From a bacterium (GTDB lineage: Bacteria > Pseudomonadota > Alphaproteobacteria > Acetobacterales > Acetobacteraceae): a stretch of 64,000 nucleotides of DNA. Shown here one piece after another: positions 34,515-46,012 of the stretch. The stretch covers positions 4,946 to 68,945 of the forward strand of contig JAMFRO010000093.1 of assembly GCA_026224825.1 (NCBI GenBank), given 5' to 3'. Position numbers and translations under genes: made by a program. Position 1 is the first letter of the stretch. Each line of letters starts with the position of its first letter. A model generated the notes under the pieces. That model worked only from the letters and a program-made list of their open reading frames with translations. It ran no database searches and had not been told where the DNA came from.

Positions 34515-35027
34515 TTAGACTTTCGAGGCGGATATAATGACCACCGCCACAGTGACAGCAAAAAACACCCCACTCACAATCGCCCCAGGCCATGAAATAC
34601 CGCCCGCCGCCGCCAGGGCCGCATGGCGCGCCGCATCGTCAGGCTCTGCCGCCCTGATCCTGGCAGTTTTCTGCACCACGTCCTGAAGATACAGGCTCTT
34701 CGCCATCAATGCGATAACGATGGCAACCCCACCGAGCCCTCCCGTTGCTGACGGGAACATGAAACCGATGACGATCGGCAGACCGACCAGCACCGCACCG
34801 GCAACCCATTGCTTGCGGTAGAAGAACCAGACGTAGGAGATAAAAAGTGCCGGCCAGCACATACTCCATGTATTGCCATAGCCTTTTTCAAGAATCTTCT
34901 GTCGCAGCTTCTCCCAGGCGGGACGAAATTTTCCGGCATTGGGCCCGATATAGGCGGCGATGTCATCCCAAGGCGTTTCGGCCCAGATCGTTTGCAGTTT
35001 TTCTCTGCCCTGTTTGATATTGCTCAC
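34515..35027 (-). CDS. DUF2628-like membrane protein
   Basis: WSMCWPALFISYVWFFYRKQWVAGAVLVG matches the DUF2628 core. Directly follows the ligA stop. Confidence 0.6.
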   Translation of the reverse strand: MSNIKQGREKLQTIWAETPWDDIAAYIGPNAGKFRPAWEKLRQKILEKGYGNTWSMCWPALFISYVWFFYRKQWVAGAVLVGLPIVIGFMFPSATGGLGGVAIVIALMAKSLYLQDVVQKTARIRAAEPDDAARHAALAAAGGISWPGAIVSGVFFAVTVAVVIISASKV

Positions 35028-37046
<2,019 letters not shown>

Positions 37047-37053
37047 TCATTCG

Positions 37054-37353
37054 CTATGGTTTGGTGCGATTGGCGCGTTTTTGCTCCACGACCAGAGCCA
37101 CTATGCTAGGGAGCAAAACGAGCTCCATAATAAAAAGGCCAGAAAGTAACCAATGCTGTAGCGGTGAAATATAAACAACCACTCCTTTTGTTGTGAGCGG
37201 CACGATGTCATTCAGAGCTGGACTTGCTTGACGCGGATGCGCGAAAAAATTCTGTAACAACGTCGCGTGAAGCCAAAAAATCAAACCAAAACACACCGCC
37301 ACAATTTGTGGAAGCAGTTGGAGTACAGGTGCAAATCTGCTTTTGACGCTCAC
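37054..37353 (-). CDS. hypothetical small membrane protein (AT-richer than its neighbours)
   Basis: 99 aa with three hydrophobic helices. ATGA-type overlap with the recN stop. Confidence 0.45.
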   Translation of the reverse strand: MSVKSRFAPVLQLLPQIVAVCFGLIFWLHATLLQNFFAHPRQASPALNDIVPLTTKGVVVYISPLQHWLLSGLFIMELVLLPSIVALVVEQKRANRTKP

Positions 37354-39029
37354 CTTGCCAGCAAACTCTCAGCCGCCTGCCGCGCCGCATCCGTCACAAA
37401 TTCCCCCGCCAGCATGCGCGCAATCTCTTCGCGCCGCTCCACCCCATCCAGCACGTCCACGCCGGTCACAGCCCGCTCATCCACCACGCGCTTGGCCACG
37501 CGCAATTGCGCCACCCCGCGCGCCGCCACCTGCGGCGAATGCGTCACCACCAGCACCTGCACGCCCTCGGCCACGCGTGCGAGCCGCTCGCCCACCGCCG
37601 CCGCCGTCGCGCCACCAATCCCGGAATCCACCTCGTCGAAAATCAGCGTCTCGATCCCGTTGCCCGATGTCAGAACCACCTTCATCGCCAGCATCAACCG
37701 CGAGAGTTCACCGCCGGATGCAATCTTATCCAGCGCCCCCGGCGTTTCCCCCGGATTGGTGGCGATCAAAAACCGTATCGCATCCGCCCCGCGCGCGCCC
37801 CAGGCCGCCTCGGGCAACATACTCCGCTCCACCACAAACCGCGCCCGCTCCAGCTTCAACGGCGGCAGCTCCTTGCCAATCGCCGCTTCCAAAGCCCGCG
37901 CCGCCGCCTCGCGCAATGCCGAGAGCCCGGCGGATTTCTCCACATAATCCGCCCGCAGCCGCGCCACCTCGGTTGTCAGCGCCGCGATATCGGCAACCCC
38001 GCTCTCCAGTGCGGCAAGCCGCGCCTTCAAATCCGCGTAAAACGCTGGCAGTGCCGCCACCTGAATTGCATGTTTGCGCGCCACGGCCCGGAGCGCGAAC
38101 AGCCGCTCCTCGGTCGCCTCCAGCGCGCGCGGATCATCCTCTTCCGCCGCCGCCATGCGTTCCAGAAAATCCTCGGCCTCGGACAGCGCCACCTCGGCCC
38201 GCTCCACCGCCGCAATTGCCGGCCCGGCCGGGTTCACACTCCCTGCCGGAACGGTCACGCGCGCCAGCGCCCGCGCGGCCCCGCGCAACGCCGCGGCCGG
38301 CCCGCCCTGGCGACGGTCCTTCGGCCGCAACTCCGCAATCGCCGAGGCAATCGCCTCGGCCCTTCGCTCGCCGGCCTGCAGCCGCAGCCGCTCGGCCGCC
38401 AGCGCCTCTTCCTCGCCCGCCACCGGGTGTAATTTTCCCAGCTCTTCGCTGGCATGGCGCAGAAACTCTTCTTCCCGCGCCGTCTCCTCGATCTTCTGCT
38501 CAGCCGCCTTCAGCCGCCCCGCCGCCTCGCGCCAGGCTTTATGCGCCGCCGCAACCAAGCCCCGCGCGCCCGCCTCAACACCAAACGAATCGAGGAGCGT
38601 GATGTGATTGGCCGGATCAGCCAGCCCCACCTGCTCATGCTGCCCCTGCACCTCGATGAGCAGCCCGGCCAGATTTTTCAGAAAACCAACGCTCACCGGC
38701 TGGTCATTCACCAGCGCCCGGCTACGCCCATCCCGCCCGACAATCCGCCGGACCAGAATATCGCTCCCCGACTCGAGCCCATGCTCGCCCAGCAGCGTCA
38801 GCGCCGCATGCTCGCCACCCACGGAAAAACTGGCCGCCACCACGGCCTGCTCGGCGCCGTGCCGGATCAGCCCGGTATCGGCCCGCGCCCCCAGAGCCAG
38901 CCCCAGGCTATCCAGCAGAATCGATTTGCCAGCGCCTGTCTCACCGGTAAGTGCTGTCAGCCCCGCGGCAAAATGCAGATCCAGCCGCTCGATCAACACC
39001 ACATCGCGGATCGAGAGGGAGAGCAGCAT
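37350..39029 (-). CDS. recN: DNA repair protein RecN
   Basis: MLLSLSIRDVVLIERLDL..LTGETGAGKSILLDSL Walker A, a long coiled-coil, and the C-terminal ASGGELSRLMLAMK signature. Confidence 0.9.
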   Translation of the reverse strand: MLLSLSIRDVVLIERLDLHFAAGLTALTGETGAGKSILLDSLGLALGARADTGLIRHGAEQAVVAASFSVGGEHAALTLLGEHGLESGSDILVRRIVGRDGRSRALVNDQPVSVGFLKNLAGLLIEVQGQHEQVGLADPANHITLLDSFGVEAGARGLVAAAHKAWREAAGRLKAAEQKIEETAREEEFLRHASEELGKLHPVAGEEEALAAERLRLQAGERRAEAIASAIAELRPKDRRQGGPAAALRGAARALARVTVPAGSVNPAGPAIAAVERAEVALSEAEDFLERMAAAEEDDPRALEATEERLFALRAVARKHAIQVAALPAFYADLKARLAALESGVADIAALTTEVARLRADYVEKSAGLSALREAAARALEAAIGKELPPLKLERARFVVERSMLPEAAWGARGADAIRFLIATNPGETPGALDKIASGGELSRLMLAMKVVLTSGNGIETLIFDEVDSGIGGATAAAVGERLARVAEGVQVLVVTHSPQVAARGVAQLRVAKRVVDERAVTGVDVLDGVERREEIARMLAGEFVTDAARQAAESLLAR

Positions 39030-39035
39030 CCGTGC

Positions 39036-39911
39036 TTAGAACGGCCAGTACCAATGATGGTGCTCAGGCGGCACCGGCACAGCCTCGCCGCCGCCCGCCG
39101 CCTGGGACTCATCGGCCGCGTTCAACAGGCCATGGTCCTTGAGCTTGTTATAGGCGGTCTCGTACCAGGCCGAGCCCGGATAATTATACCCCAGCACGCT
39201 GGCCGCACGCAGCGCCTCATCCGGCAGGCCGAGGTCCAGATACACCTCCACAAGCCGCTCCAGCGCCTCCGGCACATAGGTCGTTTGCTGGAAATTACTC
39301 GCCACATCCTGGTAACGCCCCACCGCGGCGCCATACAGATGCTGCTTCTGGTAGAAGCGCCCGATCACCATGTCGTGCCCTGCCAGCCGGTCGTTGGCCA
39401 GGCGCAGTTTTATCCGCGCATCACGTGCATAGGCGCTGTCCGGGTAGCGTGTGGCCACGTCATTCAGCGCCGAGATCGCCTCGTATGTCGCCGTCTGGTC
39501 GCGCTGCACATCGTCGATCTGCTCGTAATAGCAGAGCGACTTCAGGTAATAGGCGTAGGCCGTCTCCTGATTCTCCGGATGCAACTGGATGAAGCGGTTC
39601 AGCGAGCTGATCGCATCGTCATAATTGAGGTTCTTATACTGGGAATAGCCCGCCAGCAGAGCGGCATGGGTGGACCATGTGGAATACGGATAGGTCTCTT
39701 CCACCGCCTGGAAATCCTTGGCGGCGCGCGCGTAGTCGCCCTGGTCCATGTAATGGATGCCCATGGCATAGGCCTGGTCCGGCGGGGGCACGATGCCGTT
39801 GGGAAAATCCCCCTCCTTGGTGGCGCTGTTGAGGAAACTGGAGCACCCACTCAAGGCCAGGGCCAGTGAGAGCAGGGCGGCGCGGGTCAGGCGGGAGGAT
39901 AATTTTGTCAT
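39036..39911 (-). CDS. bamD: outer membrane assembly lipoprotein BamD
   Basis: Start trimmed to MTKLSSRLTRAALLSLALALSGC (lipobox), followed by TPR-like repeats typical of BamD/YfiO. Confidence 0.85.
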   Translation of the reverse strand: MTKLSSRLTRAALLSLALALSGCSSFLNSATKEGDFPNGIVPPPDQAYAMGIHYMDQGDYARAAKDFQAVEETYPYSTWSTHAALLAGYSQYKNLNYDDAISSLNRFIQLHPENQETAYAYYLKSLCYYEQIDDVQRDQTATYEAISALNDVATRYPDSAYARDARIKLRLANDRLAGHDMVIGRFYQKQHLYGAAVGRYQDVASNFQQTTYVPEALERLVEVYLDLGLPDEALRAASVLGYNYPGSAWYETAYNKLKDHGLLNAADESQAAGGGEAVPVPPEHHHWYWPF

Positions 39912-39969
39912 CGCGTGCGGCTTATAGCAGTAAATCCAAGAACATGAAGCCATGCCATGTTGCACATTG

Positions 39970-41463
39970 CTACGGCCCCGGCATGCGAAAGATGTGGAAA
40001 ACAAACACAGGCAAAGCATAGACATTTGCGCCCGCCATAACCACGGCCGGCAGGCACAACCAGAACGGGGCAGGGCGGGGCAGGCGGGCCAGCGGCTTCC
40101 CCGCGAAGGGCAGGAGCAAAATTAAAAACGGCAGCAGCGGCAGTAAATAGCGGCTCTCCACGCCGCTTATCTGGGTCATCCCAACCTGGGTGAAGGTGAG
40201 GTACATGGAGAGTTCCATGCCGATGAAGGCCGCGAACAGCGCCGCGCCTGCGAAACCGGCATCGACATGGCGCCAGCCGGGCCGGGCGCTGGCTGCGTCC
40301 AACATCGCGGCCGCCAGCCCCAAGGCAAGCAAAGGATATTCCCACGAGCCGATAAGAATATGGTCGTTGATGAGCATGCCCAGCATCGGCCGCCAGTCAC
40401 CACCCCAGTCGCGCGCGAAACTGGCCACCGGCAGCAGGATGACCTGCAGCGGATGCGCCCGCAGCACCTGGAGATTATAGCTGGGCGTCACCGCCCGCAG
40501 GATTATATCGCGCGGCCCCGGCCAGAGCGGTCCCGGATGGTAGGGAATGCGGGGATAAGCCATGAGCCCGGCATGCTCTATGTGCAGCAGCCATAGGGCC
40601 GGCGCCACGCAGGCCAGGAGCAGAAACGCGGCCCGCCGCCAAATCCCCGCCGCCTGCAGCGGCAGCAGGCACAATGCCAGCAGCGCGGCATAGGGCGTTT
40701 TGGCGCAGATGCCGGCGGTGAGCAGCGCCAGCGCTGCGAACCAGCCCAGGCTGAGGCCCATGATGCTGAGGCGGGGGCTGAAGTGGGGGCGACTCCGGCT
40801 CAGCAAAGCCGCGGCGAGCGCAAAGGTGACGATGAGCATCCCATCCTGGTTGTAGGACGAGGCCAGGTTGATCGTGGTCGGCAGGGTCAGCACCGCGAAG
40901 AGCAGTAGATTGCCCCAGCGGGCCAGCCCGATTGCCGCCGTGCCCATGGCCAGGAATGCCAGCAGCATCGCCACGCGGCCGAGGAAGAATGTGTGCAATG
41001 GCGAGAGCCCGGCGCCCTCCCCAGCCAGCAGGCCGAGTGCGGCCGGCGTATAGAGAATGGGAAAATACTCCACCATCTGGGTCGCGCAATAAACCTTGCC
41101 GGGCACCCAGGGCAGGGCTTCCACGGCCAGCCGGTCGGCTGCCGGCACCGGCCTGTCGGGCTGGGAATCGGCAAATTCCTTGGCGATGAGAACGATGACG
41201 ATCCCGTCACCGATCATCTCCCCCTGAGTGGCCACCGCATTCTGCGACGGTTCAGGCGGGGTGACCCCATAAATCTCCCCATAGCGCAGCCCATCCGCGC
41301 GGATGATATGAGCGAGTTCATCAGGGAACATGCCGATCGGCGTCAGCAGCGCGCAGCCGAGTCCCGTGGGCAGGCCGCACAGCAGAAAACAGGCCGCGAG
41401 AATTTTCGGCCGCGCCAAACCCTGCAGCAGCCGGTTGAAAAAGAGGAGGAAAGATAAAGCCAT
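39970..41463 (-). CDS. polytopic membrane protein, DUF2142/GT-C-like (putative glycosyl- or polymer-modifying enzyme)
   Basis: About 12 TM helices across roughly 500 aa, with overall resemblance to DUF2142 proteins. Start uncertain: ATG at 41463 or GTG at 41514. Confidence 0.45.
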   Translation of the reverse strand: MALSFLLFFNRLLQGLARPKILAACFLLCGLPTGLGCALLTPIGMFPDELAHIIRADGLRYGEIYGVTPPEPSQNAVATQGEMIGDGIVIVLIAKEFADSQPDRPVPAADRLAVEALPWVPGKVYCATQMVEYFPILYTPAALGLLAGEGAGLSPLHTFFLGRVAMLLAFLAMGTAAIGLARWGNLLLFAVLTLPTTINLASSYNQDGMLIVTFALAAALLSRSRPHFSPRLSIMGLSLGWFAALALLTAGICAKTPYAALLALCLLPLQAAGIWRRAAFLLLACVAPALWLLHIEHAGLMAYPRIPYHPGPLWPGPRDIILRAVTPSYNLQVLRAHPLQVILLPVASFARDWGGDWRPMLGMLINDHILIGSWEYPLLALGLAAAMLDAASARPGWRHVDAGFAGAALFAAFIGMELSMYLTFTQVGMTQISGVESRYLLPLLPFLILLLPFAGKPLARLPRPAPFWLCLPAVVMAGANVYALPVFVFHIFRMPGP

Positions 41464-41542
41464 GCCGGACCTGCAAGCGCATGGAATCCATGGAAAAATC
41501 AATAGGGTTTCCACCCCGCCCCAGTAATAAACCGCTATTTGC

Positions 41543-41570
41543 TTGACAACGCCTCATCTGGGGCTAAACC
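41543..41570 (+). promoter_or_regulatory. candidate sigma70-type promoter for rpsA
   Basis: TTGACA at 41543..41548, with TAAACC about 16 nt downstream. This would give a leader of about 120 nt before rpsA. Confidence 0.25.
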
Positions 41571-41695
41571 ACCCCGCATCGTCAACCGGACATCCCCCGC
41601 TGAAATTGCGTGGGATGCTCTAGCCGTTTCCCCCTAATCGGGGCTGCGCATTCCCACCGGGCCACCCGCCCGCCTTTAAGGACACACCCAGCCAC

Positions 41696-43429
41696 ATGGC
41701 TTCAACCACCTACGCCAGCCGTCATTCTGACGCCCCCACCTATTCCGGCCCGGACGATTTCGCGGCCCTCCTCGATGCCGCACTCGGTGCCGGCGCCGGG
41801 TTCGAAGGCTCCGTCGTCTCCGGCATCGTGCTCCGGATCGACGACGATTTCGTCATCGTCGATGTCGGCCTGAAATCCGAAGGCCGCGTCCCCCTCCGCG
41901 AATTCGCGCCCGTCGGCGCCCGTCCGGAAATCAACGCCGGCGATGTCTTCGACCTCTATATTGAGCGTTACGAAGACAAAGACGGCTCCATGGTGCTTTC
42001 CCGCGAGAAAGCCCGCCGTGAAGAGAGCTGGACCCAGCTTGAGAAGGCTTTTGAAGCCCAGACCCGCGTCAACGGCGTCATCCACGGCCGCGTCAAAGGC
42101 GGCTTCACGGTGGACCTCGGCGGCGCCACCGCGTTCCTGCCCGGTTCGCAGGTCGATATCCGCCCGGTCCGCGACGTCGGCCCCCTCATGGGCGTGTCCC
42201 AGCCCTTCCAGATCCTCAAAATGGACCGTCAGCGCGGCAATATCGTGGTCTCGCGCCGCGCCGTGCTGGAGGAAACCCGTGCGGAACAGCGCAGCGAGCT
42301 GATCCATGGCCTCAAGGAAGGCCAGATCCTCGACGGCGTGGTCAAGAACATCACCGATTACGGTGCGTTCGTGGACCTCGGCGGCGTGGACGGCCTGTTG
42401 CACGTCACCGACATCGCCTGGAAGCGCATCAACCACCCGGCCGAGGCCCTGGTCATCGGCCAGCCCGTCAAGGTGCAGGTCATCCGCTTCAATGCCGACA
42501 CCCAGCGTATCTCGCTCGGCATGAAGCAGCTCGAAGCCGATCCCTGGGAAGGCGTCGACGCCAAGTACCCGCCCGGCATCAAGGCCTCCGGCCGTGTCAC
42601 CAACATCACCGATTACGGCGCCTTCGTGGAGCTGGAAGCCGGCGTTGAAGGTCTCGTGCACGTCTCCGAAATGTCCTGGACCAAGAAGAACGCCCATCCC
42701 GGCAAGATCGTCTCCACTTCGCAGGAAGTCGACGTGGTTGTTCTCGATGTCGACGCCTCCAAGCGCCGCATCAGCCTTGGCCTGAAGCAGGTTGCCCGTA
42801 ATCCTTGGGAGGAGTTCCAGGACGAGCACCCGATCGGCTCCGAAGTCGAAGGCGAAATCCGCAACATCACCGAGTTCGGCCTGTTCGTGGCCGTCGGCGC
42901 GGAAATCGACGGCATGATCCACATGTCCGACCTCTCCTGGGAAGAAGCCGGCGAGGCCGCCATCGCGAAGTTCGAGAAGGGCGGCATCGTCAAAGCCAAG
43001 GTGCTCGACATCGACGTTGAGAAAGAGCGCATCTCGCTCGGCATCAAGCAGCTCGAAGTCGATCCCGCCGCCGGCGTGCTGGACAAGGTCCACAAGAACC
43101 AGATCGTCACCTGCGTGGTTACCGCCGTGCAGAGCAATGGCGTCGAGGTTAAGGTGGACGACGTGCTGACCGGCTTCATCCGCCGCGCCGAACTGGCGCG
43201 CGACAAAGCCGAGCAGCGCCCCGAGCGCTTCGCCATCGGCGATACAATCGACGCCAAGATCACGGCCGTCGACCGCGCCGCCCGCAAGCTCCAGCTCACC
43301 ATCAAGGGCAAGGAAATCGACGAGGACAAGCACGCCATCACCGAATACGGCTCGTCCGACTCGGGTGCTTCCCTCGGCGACATCCTGGGCGCCGCCATCC
43401 GCCGCCGGAACCAGGCGACGGACGAGTAA
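41696..43429 (+). CDS. rpsA: 30S ribosomal protein S1
   Basis: Six S1 (OB-fold) repeats, for example GVVKNITDYGAFVDLGGVDGLLHVTDI. 577 aa. Confidence 0.92.
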   Translation: MASTTYASRHSDAPTYSGPDDFAALLDAALGAGAGFEGSVVSGIVLRIDDDFVIVDVGLKSEGRVPLREFAPVGARPEINAGDVFDLYIERYEDKDGSMVLSREKARREESWTQLEKAFEAQTRVNGVIHGRVKGGFTVDLGGATAFLPGSQVDIRPVRDVGPLMGVSQPFQILKMDRQRGNIVVSRRAVLEETRAEQRSELIHGLKEGQILDGVVKNITDYGAFVDLGGVDGLLHVTDIAWKRINHPAEALVIGQPVKVQVIRFNADTQRISLGMKQLEADPWEGVDAKYPPGIKASGRVTNITDYGAFVELEAGVEGLVHVSEMSWTKKNAHPGKIVSTSQEVDVVVLDVDASKRRISLGLKQVARNPWEEFQDEHPIGSEVEGEIRNITEFGLFVAVGAEIDGMIHMSDLSWEEAGEAAIAKFEKGGIVKAKVLDIDVEKERISLGIKQLEVDPAAGVLDKVHKNQIVTCVVTAVQSNGVEVKVDDVLTGFIRRAELARDKAEQRPERFAIGDTIDAKITAVDRAARKLQLTIKGKEIDEDKHAITEYGSSDSGASLGDILGAAIRRRNQATDE

Positions 43430-43672
43430 AGAAAGGAAGGCGAGGGGGCTTTGCCCCCCTCGACCCCCCACTGGGCCTGAGGCCCAGACCCCATTAGTTT
43501 AAGAACTAAAAAGGGCCCTGCCTCCAAGCTGTTTCAACAGCCGGGGGCAGGGCCCTTTTTAGTTCTTAAGTAGCGGGGGTGTGGGGCCGTCACGCCGAAG
43601 GCGTGCTGCGCACGACGGCCCCACGCGGGGGTTAAGGGGGCAAGGCCCCCTTGCCTTTCTTACTTACTTGCC
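43430..43672. repeat. palindromic mosaic element, copy C (gamma-type outer modules plus core type 2)
   Basis: Starts immediately after the rpsA TAA. Core has perfect 24-bp arms, 43499..43522 / 43546..43569 (ttaagaactaaaaagggccctgcc), homologous to the core of copy B. The right module carries the expanded hairpin ggggccgtcacgccgaaggcgtgctgcgcacgacggcccc. Confidence 0.85.
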
Positions 43673-43744
43673 CGTGCCGGTCCCGGCTTAGGGCGGCCTT
43701 AAGCATTGGCCGTTACTGTGGGGTACGAGCCACGGGAGAGCCAT

Positions 43745-45415
43745 ATGGTTGGGGTGTTCAAATCTGCTGCGGCGCTGAATGCTTTGCGCCAGTCTTTTGC
43801 TGTCATCGAATTTGCGCCGGATGGCACGATTCTGGATTGCAATGCGTTATTCGAGCAGACGATGGGCTATGCGCGCGGCGCGATTGTCGGGCGGCATCAC
43901 CGCATGCTGGTTTCGCCGGATTACGCCAACGCCCCGGAATATACCGATTTCTGGCTCAAGCTGCGGGCTGGCAAGTTCGACACGGGCGAGTACCGCCGCA
44001 TGGCCAAGGGCGGGCGCGAGGTCTGGCTGCAGGCCAGCTACACCCCGGTACGCGGGCGCGGCGGCAAGGTGCTGAAAATCATCAAGCTGGCGCTCGACAA
44101 TACGGCTGCGCACCAGAAGGCGGCGGATGACCAGAGCCTCATCGGCGCCATCTACCGTTCGCAGGCGGTCATCGAGTTCATGCTGGACGGCACCATCATC
44201 CGGGCCAATGATAATTTCCTCAAGGCAGTCGGCTATGAGCGTGATGAGGTTGTCGGCAAAAAACATTCCATGTTCGCCGTACCCGGCTTCGCCGCCAGCG
44301 CCGAATACCGCGATTTCTGGCACAGGCTGAGCCGCGGCGAATTTGTCGTGGGTGAGTTCCACCGCGTCGGCAAAGGCGGGCGCGATGTCTGGCTGCAGGC
44401 CAGTTACAACCCGGTTTACAACGGCGCCGGGCAGATTGTGAAAGTCGTGAAATTCGCCATCGACCTGACCGAGGACATGCGCAATGTCGGGCTCGTCGGC
44501 GATGCTCTGGCCGGCCTTGCGAAAGGTGACCTGACGCTGAATGTGAAGGAAAAGCTTATTCCCTCGATGGAGAAGCTGCGCCTCGATTTCAACGCCTCCT
44601 CGCAATCGATGCGTGAGACCATGACCGCCATTTCCGAATCCGCCGCCATCATCAAGGACAGCGCGGGTGAGGTGAGCAAAACCGCAGACCTGCTCGCCCA
44701 GCGCACCGAGCGCCAGGCTGCTAATTTAGAGGAAACCGCGGCGGCGCTGGACAAGATCACCTCCACCGTACGCAAAACCGCCGAGGGTGCGGCCCAGGTG
44801 CGCGAGGTGGTGCGCAACGCCAAATCCGATACCGATACCTCCGGAATCGTGGTGGCCGAGGCGGTGGAGGCCATGTCGCGCATAGATTCCAGCTCGTCGC
44901 AAATCGCCAATATCATCGGCGTCATCGATGAGATCGCCTTCCAGACCAATCTCCTCGCCCTCAACGCAGGCGTTGAGGCCGCCCGCGCCGGCGATGCCGG
45001 GCGCGGCTTCGCGGTCGTCGCCACCGAGGTGCGCGCGCTCGCCCAACGCTCCGCCGATGCCGCGAAGGAGATCAAAACCCTCATCGCCACCTCCGGCCAG
45101 CAGGTCGCCGCCGGCGTTAAATCCGTGGGCGATGCACGGGCGGCCCTGGAGCGCATCGCCACCCATGTCATCAGCATCAACGATTCCGTCGTCAACATCG
45201 CAACCAGTGCCACCGAACAATCCGACGCGCTGAACCAGGTGAACCAGGCCGTGAACCAGATGGACCAGCTAACCCAGCAAAACGCCGCCATGGTCGAAGA
45301 AGCCGCCGCCGCCGCCCAAAGCCTGGCCAACGAAGCCACCGAAATCACCGAAAAACTAGGCCGCTTCAACACCGGCACAACCCGCCGGGCCGTGCGGGTG
45401 CGGGAGCTGGTTTAA
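43745..45415 (+). CDS. soluble methyl-accepting chemotaxis protein with two PAS domains
   Basis: Duplicated PAS blocks ([18 protein letters not shown] / [18 protein letters not shown], and [11 protein letters not shown] / [11 protein letters not shown]). C-terminal MCP signalling hairpin ([41 protein letters not shown]). No TM segment. Confidence 0.85.
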   Translation: MVGVFKSAAALNALRQSFAVIEFAPDGTILDCNALFEQTMGYARGAIVGRHHRMLVSPDYANAPEYTDFWLKLRAGKFDTGEYRRMAKGGREVWLQASYTPVRGRGGKVLKIIKLALDNTAAHQKAADDQSLIGAIYRSQAVIEFMLDGTIIRANDNFLKAVGYERDEVVGKKHSMFAVPGFAASAEYRDFWHRLSRGEFVVGEFHRVGKGGRDVWLQASYNPVYNGAGQIVKVVKFAIDLTEDMRNVGLVGDALAGLAKGDLTLNVKEKLIPSMEKLRLDFNASSQSMRETMTAISESAAIIKDSAGEVSKTADLLAQRTERQAANLEETAAALDKITSTVRKTAEGAAQVREVVRNAKSDTDTSGIVVAEAVEAMSRIDSSSSQIANIIGVIDEIAFQTNLLALNAGVEAARAGDAGRGFAVVATEVRALAQRSADAAKEIKTLIATSGQQVAAGVKSVGDARAALERIATHVISINDSVVNIATSATEQSDALNQVNQAVNQMDQLTQQNAAMVEEAAAAAQSLANEATEITEKLGRFNTGTTRRAVRVRELV

Positions 45416-45418
45416 GGG

Positions 45419-45442
45419 AAAAAGGCCAGGGCTCTGCCCTGG
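45419..45442 (-). terminator. candidate intrinsic terminator at the left end of element D (minus strand)
   Basis: Minus strand reads ccagggcagagccctgg followed by ccTTTTTcc. Confidence 0.4.
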
Positions 45443-45640
45443 ACCCGCCGGGGCCTGAGGCCCCGGACCCCCATTAGCTTTTAGTGGGATAATGAGAGAG
45501 GGGGCGATACGCACCCCAGATCGTGGAGCTATTCCACGACCTGGGGTGCGTATCGCCCCCTCTCTCATTATCCCAAAAGTCTAGGGGTCTGGGGCCGTCA
45601 CGCCGGAGGCGTGCTTCGCACGACGGCCCCAGCGGGGTCA

Positions 45641-45662
45641 GGGGCGGAGCCCCAGCCTTTTT
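45641..45662 (+). terminator. candidate intrinsic terminator at the right end of element D
   Basis: ggggcggagcccc followed by agccTTTTTcc. Confidence 0.4.
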
Positions 45663-45665
45663 CCC

Positions 45666-45917
45666 TTAAAGCGCCTCCGACCCCGGCACCACCGGGCGGC
45701 TTTCGCGGCTACCGCGCATGCGTTTGTCGGGTTCTTTGGGGTCGTTAGGGGAGATTTCCACGTAGTCGTCGAACACGGCGAGGATGGTGCCGACGAAGGG
45801 GAAGTCGCCGAGTTCGGGCACGCGGTAGCTTACGGTATCACCTGGTTTGAAGGTGTCCGGGTTGAAGTTGAATTCGAACGGGCAGGCTTCACCCGCGGTT
45901 TGTCCCAAGTTTTGCAT
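45666..45917 (-). CDS. hypothetical small protein
   Basis: MQNLGQTAGEACPFEFNFNPDTFKPGDTVSYRVPELGDFPFVGTILAVFDDYVEISPNDP... No family recognised. Its stop lies inside the element D terminus. Confidence 0.4.
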   Translation of the reverse strand: MQNLGQTAGEACPFEFNFNPDTFKPGDTVSYRVPELGDFPFVGTILAVFDDYVEISPNDPKEPDKRMRGSRESRPVVPGSEAL

Positions 45918-46012
45918 TGCTGTTTCTCCGTATTCATCCGGTGTGCCGGAAGCTGGCGTCACGTTACAATATATAGTGGCTCATGGCGCCTGCTATTTGC
46001 AACGTGCGGGCG

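Larger units (their letters stand above)
45411..45670. repeat. palindromic mosaic element, copy D (beta plus expanded alpha modules, core type 1)
   Basis: Termini TTTAAGGGAAAAAGGC are inverted at both ends and contain the TAA stops of both convergent genes. Core has perfect 34-bp arms, 45486..45519 / 45541..45574 (gggataatgagagagggggcgatacgcaccccag), homologous to the core of copy A. Confidence 0.9.

Noticed and set aside
39030-39230. SOS box upstream of recN
   Set aside because: The 3' end of bamD contains only near-misses (GAACggccagtACCA, GTTCaacaggcCATG). No GAAC-N7-GAAC or GTTC-N7-GTTC match was found.
41702-43471. 589-aa minus-strand ORF covering all of rpsA
   Set aside because: It is antisense to an unmistakable S1 gene. 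Its sequence is low-complexity (Gly/Asp/Ala/Val-rich) and typical of the open antisense frame of a high-GC gene. It has no start-site signals.
43430-45670. Composite transposon or IS interpretation of the mosaic elements
   Set aside because: There is no transposase, integrase or RAYT ORF anywhere in the window, and the elements are too short to encode one. They are treated as non-autonomous repeats of unknown mobility; see the findings.
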